Below, in pieces: positions 14,480 through 26,689 of a stretch of DNA of 64,000 nucleotides (its first letter is position 1; the number at the start of each line of letters is the position of its first letter). Both the position numbers and the translations under genes were made by a program. This DNA comes from Octopus vulgaris. Its lineage: Eukaryota. The stretch is from contig OX597829.1 in NCBI GenBank assembly GCA_951406725.2, positions 58,094,001 through 58,158,000 on the forward strand, written 5' to 3'. The notes beneath the pieces are model-generated. The model was not told the origin of the DNA. It was given only the letters and a program-made list of their open reading frames with translations, and did no database searches.

Positions 14480-15780
14480 GAGAGATGACTGCGCTGGTAT
14501 GGTTATGTGGTGCGAATAAATGAGGATAGCTGTGTGGAAAAGTATCACACCCCAGCGGTTTAGGGAACCTTTGGAAGAGGTAGAACTAGGAAGACCTGGG
14601 ATGAGGTGGTGAAGCATGATCCTCGAACATAAGGCCTCACCGAGGCAATGACTAGTGACCGAGACCTTTGGAAATATGCTGTGCGTGAGAAGACCTCGCA
14701 AGCCAAGTGAGACCATAACCTGTGGCCTATGCCAGAGGTGTAACCAGCATACTTACTGTAAATCCTTGAGTATAATCCGCATTTTCCCCCAAAATTTAAA
14801 GGTCAAAATTCCTAGTGGAATATACCAGGCTAAAAATGAAAATTATTTTCTAAGCAATGTCCGAGTCTCTATTTGCTGTCTGGCAATGTTTATTCAGACG
14901 CATTTTGTGATGTCGGGTGCGAAAATACCTTAAGCTAAGCCTGAAAGCAATGAAGTCATAAAAGAATCATCCATAACTTGCAGTAAGCAATGTTATTACT
15001 GTTATTTCTGTTATTTCTTTATTTCCTGCAAACAAAATGCACAAAAAAGCTACACGTTTGCATTATGTTATATATACAAAGATTAATAAAGGACGTTATG
15101 GTATACAATTTTAAAACCAAGGATGTTATATAGACCTCCTTGACTCAAGTTAGTGAAGGGGTGCGTATTATATACAAGGTTTAGGTTTTTCAGAGGTACA
15201 GCCCCCTAAAAATTCCCTGCGTAATATACTCGAGGATTTACGGTATGCGTACCTTTCCTTTATTGGACACTAAAATCTGCTTGCGAAGACCTGTTGAGAC
15301 AAGTGAAATCGAAATGAAATTTGATGACAGCACCGTGTGACTGGCATCCATGCTAGTGGAGCGCTAACAGCACCATCTGAGTGTGATCATTGCCAGGGCT
15401 GCTGACTTACTTCCATGCAGGTGGCATGTAAAAAGCACCATTTGAGCGTCATCGTAAGAAGCGTCGCCTGATTGGCACTTGTGCCGGTGGTATGGGAAAA
15501 AAAACATTTGAGTGAGGTCATTGCCAGTGCCACTGGACTGGCGCCTGTGCAGGTGACACATAAAAGCACCATTTGAGCATGGCCGTTGCCAGTACTGCCT
15601 GACTGGCCCCTGTGCCAGTGGCACGTAAAAGCACCCACTACACTCTTGGAGCTGTAGAAACTCTGCCAGATCAGATTGGAGCCTGGTGCTGCCATCTGGT
15701 TTGCCAGTCCTCAGTGAAGCCGTCCAATCCATGCCGGCATGGAGAGTGGACATGAAACAATGACAATGATGTTGATGAGT
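14480..15780 (+). mobile_element. RTE 3' fragment with nested pogo-type MITE (14756-15243)
   Basis: RLRWYG...KHD..TL ORF end plus 3' UTR; MITE bounded by TA and ...TAAATCCT(C/T)GAG TIRs. Confidence 0.85.
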
Positions 15781-16959
15781 TTGAGTCCTTTCATCACACA
15801 TCCTGTGATCTCTTCAGTAACGTTCTATCCCTTGTGTCTCCTCTGTCAGCATCCATCTGCATCACCTTACCAAACCAGTGCAGACTTCTCTCTTGCACAC
15901 AGCAACTAATTCAGCATGGATCTAACTTCTCTCTCAAACCACTAGCTATCTGTCAAACCTGTACATTTACATTTCACATCCAGCAGAGCATTCTAGCCTC
16001 ATTCCTCTCTAACGTCCACATGTCCTCTGCATTAAGGACCCATGTCTCACTGCCATGTAGATCTGCTGTCTACACATGCATCATAGAATATTTTTCTTGA
16101 AGAGAGAAAACTTCTATAGCCAACAGGTAACAGCTCTCTGAATTTCTTCCAGTTTATTCTTATTTTCGTTATCTCACTCTCCATTTGTCCTCCCCCATAA
16201 CTAATCTGGTCCTGTAGGGAGCAGAAACTATCTACTACTTCTAATGAACTACCAGGGCTTTTGAGAAAATCAATTTCCTAAGTCACTAAAATTTTTATGG
16301 ATCCAGTGCATTTTCCACATACAAACACTACCTTTTCTGATAACATCATCATCATTGTTTAACGTCTGCTTTCCATGCTGGCATGGGTTGGACGATTTGA
16401 CAATCTGATCTGGCAGAGTTTCTATAGCTGGATGCCCTTCCTAATGCCAACCACTCAGCAAGTGTAGTGGGTGCTTTTACGTGCCACCGGTATGAGGGCC
16501 AGTCATCAGGCAGTACTGGCAATGACCATGCTCAAATGGTGTTTTTATGTGTTACCTGCACAGGCACCTGTGGATATATATCTATATATAAATAGATGAG
16601 TGTATTTTTGCCTTGTTAACAATTAACATGGAAAAAATAGATAAATAGTTACCAGGGTAGCAAAAAAATCACACAAGTATAGAGGTTGTAACTCCTTGTT
16701 TTTAAAGGTAGAAACTGAATAATATCAGTGAAATCTTCGGAACATGTGTCGAAAGTAAAAGTATTTGATTTATACCTGTGTTAAACTATATATATAATAA
16801 ATTATACTATCATCATCATCATTGTTTAACGTCTGCTTTCCCATGCTGGCATGGGTTGGATGATTTGATTGAGGACTGCGCGTTTTCCACATAGTGAAAG
16901 TGACATCAAATTCGATGACAGTACTGCATGATTGGCATCCATGCTAGTGGAATGCTGAC

Positions 16960-17460
16960 CATTTTACAGAGTGGCTTGGGTTGGACCCAGTGTTGGCAAT
17001 GGTCTGTTTTGACCTGGTTTTTGTGGCTGGAACCCTTCATAAAGCTAACCCTTTTACAGGGTGGCCTGGATTGGAACCAGTGTTGGTAAGGTCTGTTTTG
17101 GCCTGGTTTTCATGGCTAGAACCCTTCCTAAAGTTAACCAGAGTGGACTGTGTTGGAACCAGTGTTGGTAAGGTCTGTTGTGGCCTGCTTTTTACGGCTG
17201 GAAACCCTTCATAAAGCTAACCCTTTTACAGCGTGGCCTGGGCTGGAACCACTGTTTGTAAGGTCTGTTGTGGCCTGGTTTTTACAGCTGGAACCCATCA
17301 TAAGATTAACCAGAGTAGCCTGGGTTGGAACCAGTGTTGGCAAGGGTCTGTTTTGGCCTGGTTTTTACGGCTGGAACCCTTCCTAAGGTTAACCAGAGTG
17401 GACTGGGTTGGAACCAGTGTTGGTAAGATCTGTTTTAGCCTGATTTTTATGGCTGGATGC
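16960..17460. repeat. ~88-bp minisatellite related to the RTE 3' UTR
   Basis: 5-6 units of gggttggaaccagtgttggtaaggtctgttttggcctggtttttacggctggaacccttc. Confidence 0.85.
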
Positions 17461-17937
17461 TCTACCGAATGTCAATCATTTCTCAAAGTGGACGTTCATG
17501 TGCATACTCTCTTCTACTCTTTTACTTGTTTCAGTCATTTGGCTGTGGCCATGCTGGAGCAGCGCCTTTCGCCGAGCAAATTGACCCCAGGACTTTGTAA
17601 ACCTAGTACTTATTCTATCGGTCTCTTTTGCCGAACCGCTAAGTTACAGTGACGTAAACACACCAATTTGGTTGTCAAGCGATGTTGGGGGGACAAACAC
17701 AGACAGACACACACACACACACACATATGACGGGGGCTTCTTTCAGTTTGCGCCTACCAAATCCTCTCACAAGGATTTGGTCAGCCCGAGACTATAGTAG
17801 ATGACACTTGCCCAAGGTGCCACGCTGTGGAAACGAACCCGGAACCATGTGGTTGGTAAGCAGGCTACATACCACACAGCCACACCTACGTCTATTGTCA
17901 TATCTTTTCTCTCAATATCGTTTACCTTTTCTTGCAG

Positions 17938-18100
17938 AATCGATTTGAATTTCCTGATGATGGCGATGTGACTTCAGAAGCGAAAGACCTTATGAGACGA
18001 CTTATCTGCAATGCTGAAGATCGATTCGGTAAACGAGGTTTGGAAGATTTTAAAAGCCACCCTTGGTTCAAAGGAATCGAATGGGAAAACATCAGAAACA
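17938..18100 (+). CDS. CDC42BPA: MRCK window exon 5 (kinase subdomains X-XI)
   Basis: ttgcag|NRFEFPDDGDVTSEAKDLMRRLIC...HPWFKGIEWENIRN|gtaagt; 163 nt, phase 0-1. Confidence 0.96.
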
Positions 18101-19338
18101 GTAAGTACGTTTTGTTCTGTGTTTAGCTCCAGACCCATTCTGTTCTATTGGGCCTGTTGATAAAGGGGTTCTGTGTCCATTTTGTCTTCATAGGCGCAGG
18201 AGTGGCTGTGTGGTAAGTAGCTTGCTTACGAACCACATGGTTCCGGGTTCAGTCCCACTGCGTGACACATTGGCAAGTATCTTCTATAGCCTTGGTCCGA
18301 CCAAAGCCTTGTGAGTGGATTTGGTAGACGGAAACTGAAAGAAGACTGTCATGTGTGTGTGTTTGTGTGTGTATATATATCGTTAAATGATGATGATGAT
18401 GATGATGATATATATATATATGTAGGCGCGGGCATGGCTGTGTGGTTAGGGAGCTTGCTTCCTAGCTACATGGTTTCGGGTTCAGTCCCACTGCGTGGCA
18501 CTTTGGGTAGGTGTCTTCCACTATAGCCCCGAGCCGACCGGAGCTTTGTGATTGAATTCGGTAGGTGGAAGTTACTGCCATGTGTGTATGTGTGCGTATA
18601 GCTGCTCAGTGCCTCTCCGAAAGAGAGAGAGAGGGATATATATATATATATATAGGCTCAGGAGTGGCTGTGTGGTAAGTAGCTTGCTTACCAACCACAT
18701 GGTTCTGGGCTCAGTCCCACTGCATGGCACCTTGTGAAAGTGTCTTCTACTATAGCCTCAGGTTAACCAAAGCCTTGTGAGTGGATTTGGTAGATGGAAA
18801 CTGAAAGAAGCCCATCATATGTATGTATGTTTGTGTGTCTGTGTTTGTCCCCCCCAACATCGCTTGACAACCGATGCTGGTGAGTTTGCTTCTCCGTAAC
18901 TTGCTTCTCTGTAACTTAGCAGTTCAGCAAAAGGGACCTATAGAATAAGTATTAGGCTTACAAAGAATAAGTCCTGGGTCGATTTTCTTGACTAAAAGCA
19001 GTGCTCCAGCATGGCCACAGTCAAGTGACTGAAACAAATAAAAGAATAAAAGAGACAGTTTAAGATTTTTGGCTCCACATAAAAAACGATGATGCTGGTC
19101 CCACTTAGAAAGCCCTGGTGGTGGTGTTGCTTAGAAACCATGGATTGTATTGTTTGAAGCTGTCTTCTATAGCTAGTATCATTCCAAATGCCAACCCCTT
19201 TAAAGAGTGTAACTGCATGCTTTTTATGTGACACCAACAGCAGGGAGGTTATCAAATAACATGCAAGACAAAACCTCCTCAGGTGGGATGTAGAAATGAG
19301 GAAGATGGCTGTATGCCAGCTGATGCAAGATTAGATAA

Positions 19339-20954
19339 TCTCTATTTATAAAGCTGAAATGCAAAAAGTTTGTTTGTCTGATTTTGGGATTGTGACGAGT
19401 TAAGGGGCACTAGATGGGGTCGGATTGGCTCCAAAATTTACAGGGACATGTAAAAAGAGGCAGGGAAGTGAGTGGATTAGGTTAGAAACCCCTATCTCAA
19501 AAGCTGTGGTTACTAGGGCAAAAAATCCCATACTTTTGTCATTTCTCTCTTTCGCATATCACCCTCTCTTCCTCTGGCTCTCTCTCTCTTTCCTACCTTC
19601 CCTCCACTTTCTCTCTGTAACAACGTTTGACAGCTTTGCCGTCTCTCTGTCACTCTTTCTTCCACCACCTCTCTCACTGTATGTCTGTATCTATAAAGAG
19701 AAAGCGTTGACAGCCGCAAAAGTTTAAATATTCCCGCTAATCTTAATATATTATTGTCATCAAACCCTAGACATTAGTGGCGGCAATCAATATCTATAAA
19801 GCTGAAATGTGGAAAAGTTGTTTGATTTCTTGGTTATTTGTCTCATTTTGGGATGGGAACAGTTTAAGGGGCGGTTTCTCATTTTTGTTTTTATTGTTTA
19901 CAGTTTTCATTTTTTCTGAAAGAAATTTACAGCTGCATATAGCGCGTGTTTAGAGCTTTCATTTGCATGGTCAATCGTCAAAAAATTCCCAAAATAAGTA
20001 CTAAATTTAACAAAGAAATCCTTTTTCTCCTTATTTTTAACCGCTAAAATAGTGGCACATACAAAAGGCAAGTGTGCTTTCTGTTGTCACTGCCTGATAT
20101 TTATGATTGATCTTTCAATGCTGTCCACTTACGATTGTGATTCAGTTGACTAGGAAAACTATATGTGGTGAATATCCAATACCAAACTATCTTAATCTAC
20201 ATAATGAAACTGCATTAAACTTTAGCAAGCTTACCTTTACCTATTCTGAGTTACTTGAAAGGTGATGTTCCCTTCCCACTCTTCTGATTGTTGATACCTT
20301 ATTTTTTACCTTTGATACCGTTGTTTCACTTCAAATATGTTTTAGCATTGTCATTCTAGCCTTTTTTGAACACTCACATATGGTTCGTCCCAAAGAATCA
20401 ACCTTTAAATAAGAGTTTTTCTTCCACTAGCGAAAGCCATATGTATCTTTCAGGAAGCTCCATACCAATTTAACGTTATGCAGCATTCGTTGTAAGTTTA
20501 TGTGCATGCTATGTGGGAAGATAGAATGAAGGGGCTTTTGTTAGCTTTCCTCTCTGAAAAAAATAGCCCCCTTTGCTGTTGAAAAAAAATAAACTTGCAG
20601 AGGAGAAGTTTCAACATTTTCTTTCAATTTCCTTACACCATTTATGTGGCTGTTTCTGACAAGGAATTTCACTTTCATGTAAAACAACTGTATTTTGTAG
20701 TCATTATCAGTAATCTACTCCCCCAAACACTTCAGTAGCTCTACTTTACATCGCTTGCAAACTTATATGTTCTAATCATAATCAAAGTGCAACGCTCTCC
20801 ACAATAACCAGCCTTCGATTTGATTTTCTGTTCCTAGGTTAATTGGAAACAGATTGCCATGTTACTCATAAACCTTTTTGGTAGTTCAATTATTTGGTGA
20901 AAAAAATACCATGAAAGCAACTTAAATTGTCCAAAGGATGGGTGCGTTTGCTAG
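19339..20954 (+). mobile_element. Helitron-like element, second copy with a different 3' half
   Basis: a|TCTCTATTTATAAAGCTG start, shared ~790 nt with the 2443 copy, ends ...ggatgggtgcgtttgCTAG|t. Confidence 0.65.
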
Positions 20955-20958
20955 TTAA

Positions 20959-21216
20959 TCTATAATATAAATTGGACATGGGCAATCGTATTCTTTCTTG
21001 TCTTGAGATTCACAGCCAAACGGCTGGGTGGATTCATGTGAAATATGGCACACATGTGGAGACTGATGCCTAGATTGGAATGCGGTTTCTATTTTCTTCC
21101 TATCCCCCATAGATACCGAGAAAATTGATTAAAACATTTTGTAATGGAATTCCCCTGTTTGTTCCACCATTAGAACAACCAGTTGCTCACACAGCCGGCA
21201 TATACCATTTCGCTAG
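20959..21216 (+). mobile_element. Short Helitron-like element adjacent to the previous one
   Basis: a|TCTATAATATAAA start and ...gccggcatataccatttcgCTAG end. Confidence 0.45.
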
Positions 21217-23271
21217 CAACATGGGGGGTACAGGATGACAGTCAGCCAAAACTTTCGCTATGCTGTCTCTTTTTTTTCACCTCTTTGTGGGGTTAATAAT
21301 CTCAATCTCTAGTTACAGTTTCTCATTCAAACTACATAATAGGCAGAATTGTTGGATCAAGACAGTAGGGTGTTTTGAGGAAAATTTAACTGCTATTTCT
21401 ATCATGTCTAGCTACCATATTTGCATTTCAAAAATTTTATCTTTTCCATGAATCAACGATCGTAAAAATTTTATAAGATGACCTCACATTTTCTATGTAT
21501 GTGTGTGTACCTTAAAAGACGTGATTAGACAGGGGTCCAGTAGAATAGCTCTCAGAAACAGACTGCGTACAAATTCTTTCTTCACTACTCCTGAAGCTGT
21601 TTTCTGACAAGGGGTGGGGTCAGGAAATTTTCATACAGCTGGAGGTTCCAATCAAAACGGGACCCAAAATGATATGGTTGAGAAATGCTTCACAGGAGGC
21701 ACAGGAGTGTCTGTGTGGTAAGTAGCTAGGTGCAGGAGTGGCTGTGTGGTAAGTAGATTGCTTACCAACCACATGGTTCTGGGTTCATTCCCACTGCGTG
21801 GCACCATGGGCAAGTGTCTTCTCCTATAGCCCCGGGTCGACCAAAGTCTTGTGAGTGGATTTGGTAGACAGAAACTGAAAGAAGCCTGTCGTATATATGT
21901 ATGTATATATGTGTGTGTGTGTGTGTGTGTTTGTCTCCTCCCACCATCGCTTGACAACCAATGCTGGTGTGTTTACATCCCCGTAACTTAGTGGTTCAGC
22001 AAAAGAGACCGATAGAATAAGTACTAGGTTTCCAGAGAATAAATCCTGGGGTCGATTTGCTCGACTAAAGGCGGTGCTCCAGCATGGCCGCAGTCAAATA
22101 ACTGAAACAAGTAAAAGAGAAAAAAACTTCTGAAGCTGTTTTCTGACAAGGGGTGGGCTCAGGAAATTTTCAAACAGCTCCAATCGAAATGGGACCCAAA
22201 ATGATATGGTTGAAAAACGCTGTTATAGATTATGCCTAACTGACAACGATCACAGCCACTTCATCGAAACGAAACTGGGTGAAACTGAGCTTAGCTACTT
22301 GTAAATACATAGAATCGTATCATCATCATTTCACATCTCCTTCCATGCTGGCTTAGGTTGGAGAGTTCCACAGGAGCTGGCAAAAGCAGAGATTGTGCGA
22401 AGCTCTGATGTGTTTTGCCATGGCTTCAATGGCCAGATACCGTAAATAATGCCAACAGATTTACGCTCAGTACTGGGGTTGTTTTATTTGATTAAACCCT
22501 TCAAGCTTGTGTCCCTGCATGACCAGAGTCCCACGAATGAAGCAAATAAAATGAAACAATACTCTTGTACTTGTTTCAGTCATTTGACTGCAGCCATGCT
22601 GGAGCACCACCTGTAGTCGAGCAAATCAACCCCAGGACTTATTCTTTGTAAACTTAGTACTTATTCTATCGGTCTGTTTTGCCGAAACGCTAAGTTACGG
22701 GGACATAAACACACCAGCGTCGGTTCTCAAGCTATGTTGGGGGGACAAACATAAACACACATATATATACATAAGCATATATACAATAGGCTTCTTTCAG
22801 TTTCCGTCTACCAAATCCACTCACAAGGCTTTGGTCGGCCCGAGGCTATAGTAGAAGACACTTACCCAAGGTATCACACAGTGGGACTGAACCCGGAACC
22901 ATGTGGCTGGTAAGCAAGCTACTTACCACACAGCCACTCCTACGCCTATATATATATATATTAATATATATATATATATACACATATATACACATACATA
23001 CAACAGGCTTCTTTCAGTTTCTGTCTACCAAATCCACTCAAGCCTTTGGTCGGCCCGAGGCTCTAGCAGAAGACACTTGCCCAAGATGCCACGCAGTGGG
23101 ACTGAACCCGGAACCATGTGGTTGCTAAGCAAGCTACTTACCACACAGCCACTCCTATGCCTAACAATATTGTTATTCCAAATTTCCTTCCACAACTTAT
23201 AAATTGACATACATGTTTGTAAAATATTTTATAAAGTGTAAATAAGTTTTTTTTCTCTGATTTTTTTCCAG

Positions 23272-23354
23272 TAAAAGCTCAGTATATACCTGAAGTCAGT
23301 AGTCCAACTGACACCTCTAACTTTGATGTGGATGAAACAGATTTTCGTCACACG
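23272..23354 (+). CDS. CDC42BPA: MRCK window exon 6 (AGC C-terminal tail)
   Basis: ttccag|(I)KAQYIPEVSSPTDTSNFDVDETDFRHT|gtgagt; 83 nt, phase 1-0. Confidence 0.95.
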
Positions 23355-23479
23355 GTGAGTTCATTATGTCATAATTATAATGTTGGAAGCGTTTAGATCT
23401 TTGTCATAGATTGTGTATTTTTTTGCAATTTTACTCCAGTTGTTGTTAAATTTGGTTATATCTGTTTAGTTTTTTATAC

Positions 23480-24215
23480 TATGGTCTTGTGGTGAGAATG
23501 GATGAGGATAGCTGTGTGAGAAAGTGTCACACTCGCTGTTGAGGGAACCTGTGGAAGAAGCATGACCTTCGAATATTAGGCCTCACCGAGGCAATGACTA
23601 GTGACTGAGACCTTTGGAAATATGCTGTGCTTGACAAGACCTGGCAAGCCAAGTGAGACCTTAACCCGTGACCTACAACAGTATAAGTGCTCTGAGGGAG
23701 ATGTTGGACCTTAGAAGCATCAGATGTGGTGTGCAAGAGAGACGACTGTGCTGGTATGGTCATATGTTACGTGTGGATGAGGACAGCTGTGTGAAAAAGT
23801 GCTATACCCTAGCGGTTGAGGGAACCTGTGGAAGAGGTAAACACAGGAAGACCCGAGATGAGGTGGTGAAGCACAACCTTCAAACATTAGGCCTCGCCGA
23901 GGCAATGACTAGTGACTGAGACCTTTGGAAATATGCTGTGCTTGAGAAGACCCGGCAAGCCAAGTGAGACCATAACCTGTGTAAGCAGAGAGTGTAAGCA
24001 CCCTGAGAGAAAAGTTGGACCTAAGAAGCATCAGATGTGGTATGCAAGAGATATGACTGTGCTGGTATGGTCATGTGGTGAGAATGGATGAGGATAACTG
24101 TGAAAAAGTGAGGTAAACCCATGAAGACTTGGGATGAGGTGGTGAAGCATGACCTTCAAACATTAGGCTTGACCAAGGAAATGACTAGTGACCGAGACCT
24201 TTGGAAATATGCTGT
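23480..24215 (+). mobile_element. Three tandem RTE ORF C-terminal fragments
   Basis: Repeated WYGH...CGRG...KHDLRTLGLTEAMTSDRDLWKYAV blocks. Confidence 0.85.
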
Positions 24216-24350
24216 TCTTGTCACTGTTATTTATGACATATTTCATCTCAGGTATGTTTGTATGAATAAACGAGAGCATGTTTACGCAGTGGGACTGAAC
24301 CTGGAACCATGTGATTCATAAGGAAGCTACTTACTACAGAGTCACTCCTA

Positions 24351-24399
<49 letters not shown>

Positions 24400-24410
24400 T
24401 TTATAGAAGG

Positions 24411-24461
24411 AGCTTCTACAGGACTAGAACTGTTTCATTCAAATGAAATCATCAGGAAGCT
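24411..24461 (-). ncRNA. Type I hammerhead ribozyme motif
   Basis: AGCTTC CTGATGA tttcatttgaat GAAA CAG ttctagtc CTG TA GAAGCT: perfect 6-bp stem I, intact core, stem III, GUA cleavage triplet. Confidence 0.7.
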
Positions 24462-24938
24462 TGCTGTCAAAATAAGTTTTGGCATTTATACATTTAGGCA
24501 GATTTAATGGGGTGGTGGTGGGGGGACTTTTTGGGTAAGCAGGGCACAAACTGCCTTTCTTAGGGGAGTGGTCAAAAGGATCAGTGATAAAGTAGATAAA
24601 TGAATAGATAGAATAATAGAATAGAGTTTTAGGTAAGTAAGACTATCGCTTATATATACACATACACATACATACACACACATATATACATACACACACA
24701 TATATATATACAAATACACATACATGCCAACACGCAAGCACACGCACACATATGTCTACACATATATATATATAAAAAAATATACACACCCATATATATA
24801 TATATAATTAAAAATGAGGGTGCCTAAGAGACACCAACATGCCGAAATAGCAGTCGAAACTCTGACTATAAAAACCATGTTAAGGGTTCGTGTCGCACCA
24901 TGAGATAGACAAAATATACAAGCAAAAATTATTGAATA

Positions 24939-24997
24939 ATTCAAGATCCAGGATTTCTGGTTTTGCTTTAAATAAGCTTTACCGTCATCGGTTGAAT
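24939..24997 (-). ncRNA. Hammerhead-like motif with CCGATGA core variant
   Basis: ATTCAA CCGATGA cggt...acca GAAA T cctgg A TC TTGAAT. Confidence 0.55.
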
Positions 24998-25176
24998 ATA
25001 TCAAGAGTACATAAATACAGATATATACATGCAGAACAAACGATATACTTACATATACGAACGTCCATACATAAATACATATGCACGTATGCACGCGGCC
25101 AGTTAAATTACCCGCCGAATCATCCCAAAGTACGACACGGTTAAAATAAACACCGCAGTGAAAATAATAACGAATT

Positions 25177-25380
25177 ATATATATTTATATATGAGGATAA
25201 TATCGATATTTAAGTATCCATATTATCTAGTGGCCAGCATGGGAAAAATACCGTACAAAGGTAATAATAATATTTCGGCATGTTGGTGTTAAAAATTGTT
25301 AAAAATTATTACCTTTGTACGGTATTTTTCCCATGCTGGCCACTAGATAATATGGATACTTAAATATCGATATTATCCTC

Positions 25381-25396
<16 letters not shown>
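25177..25396. repeat. Perfect ~92-bp inverted repeat with 36-nt spacer
   Basis: Arms 25177-25268 and 25305-25396 are reverse complements. Confidence 0.92.
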
Positions 25397-25424
<28 letters not shown>

Positions 25425-25879
25425 ACACACATATATATACACACATTATATACATATATATACACATACATATACATATATACACATATATACATATACA
25501 CATATATATACACATACATACACACACACACATATATACATATATATACATATTTTTTCTCTCCTCATCTTCCTCCCTTATTTTATTTTTATTTTTATTT
25601 TGACCGTCTTCAGAGTCATAAAGGGTATAATATATGACCTACCTACCTGCCGACACACATTTAGTGGCGCTGGAGTTGAGGAACCCTAAAAGTTCTTAGA
25701 ACTCCCCAGGGTGCCAGTAGGCCTACATGAAATCCATTTACCGCTCCCCTCTCCCTTCCTTTCTATCTCTTACAAACGCAAACACACACACACACTCACA
25801 CTCATACACATACACACATGTTCCCTCGCTCATTTCCTTCTCATCCACTCATACTTATGTTTATATCTCTCTCTACAAG

Positions 25880-25913
<34 letters not shown>

Positions 25914-26234
25914 AATATATATGTATATATGTATACACATACATACACACACAAGTACACATATTCATACATACATAAATGTACCCACTTTCACATAAAC
26001 GTATACATAACTATGTACACACAAACACACATATATAAATGTACTTCAGTACACATAAACACACAAACATTTGCCCACATATATAAACGCATATGCCTAT
26101 ATACAGACATTTGTGCATATAAACATACATACACATATATACGCATCCATACGCTTATAAATACATATATGCACACATGCATGCATACACATGTACATAA
26201 AAGCATACCTACATATACGTATCTACACGCATAT

Positions 26235-26278
<44 letters not shown>

Positions 26279-26305
26279 CATACATACACACACATATATA
26301 TATAT
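25390..26305. repeat. TA/CA-rich low-complexity tracts
   Basis: Mosaics of (TA)n, (CA)n and (CATA)n. Confidence 0.9.
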
Positions 26306-26606
26306 ACGGCAGGCTTCTTTCAGTTTCCGTCTACCAAATCTACTCAAGGCTTTGGTCGACCCGAGGTTCCACGCTTTGGGTCTGAACCCGGAACTATGTG
26401 GCTCGTAGGCAATCTAATTACTACACACCCACTCCTAATGCCTATGTTTGGCAAGAAAAAAAATTTGTTCTTTAAAATACTTGAAAGATGGAGCTTTGCC
26501 TGCATTTATGCAATCTCGTGAATGAAATAACTTATAAAAGACAAAGAAAAAAAGACGTGTGTGTTTATGTTGTGTGTAATCATTCTCTTTTGTTGATTTG
26601 AAACAG

Positions 26607-26689
26607 GATTCACAGGCCCCATCAGGACATCATGGAACATTTCGAGGGCTCCATTTGCCATTCATTGGATTTACATTTACAGAAAATAA
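26607..26689 (+). CDS. CDC42BPA: MRCK window exon 7 (hydrophobic motif)
   Basis: aaacag|DSQAPSGHHGTFRGLHLPFIGFTFTEN|gtgagt; 83 nt, phase 0-2. Confidence 0.95.
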
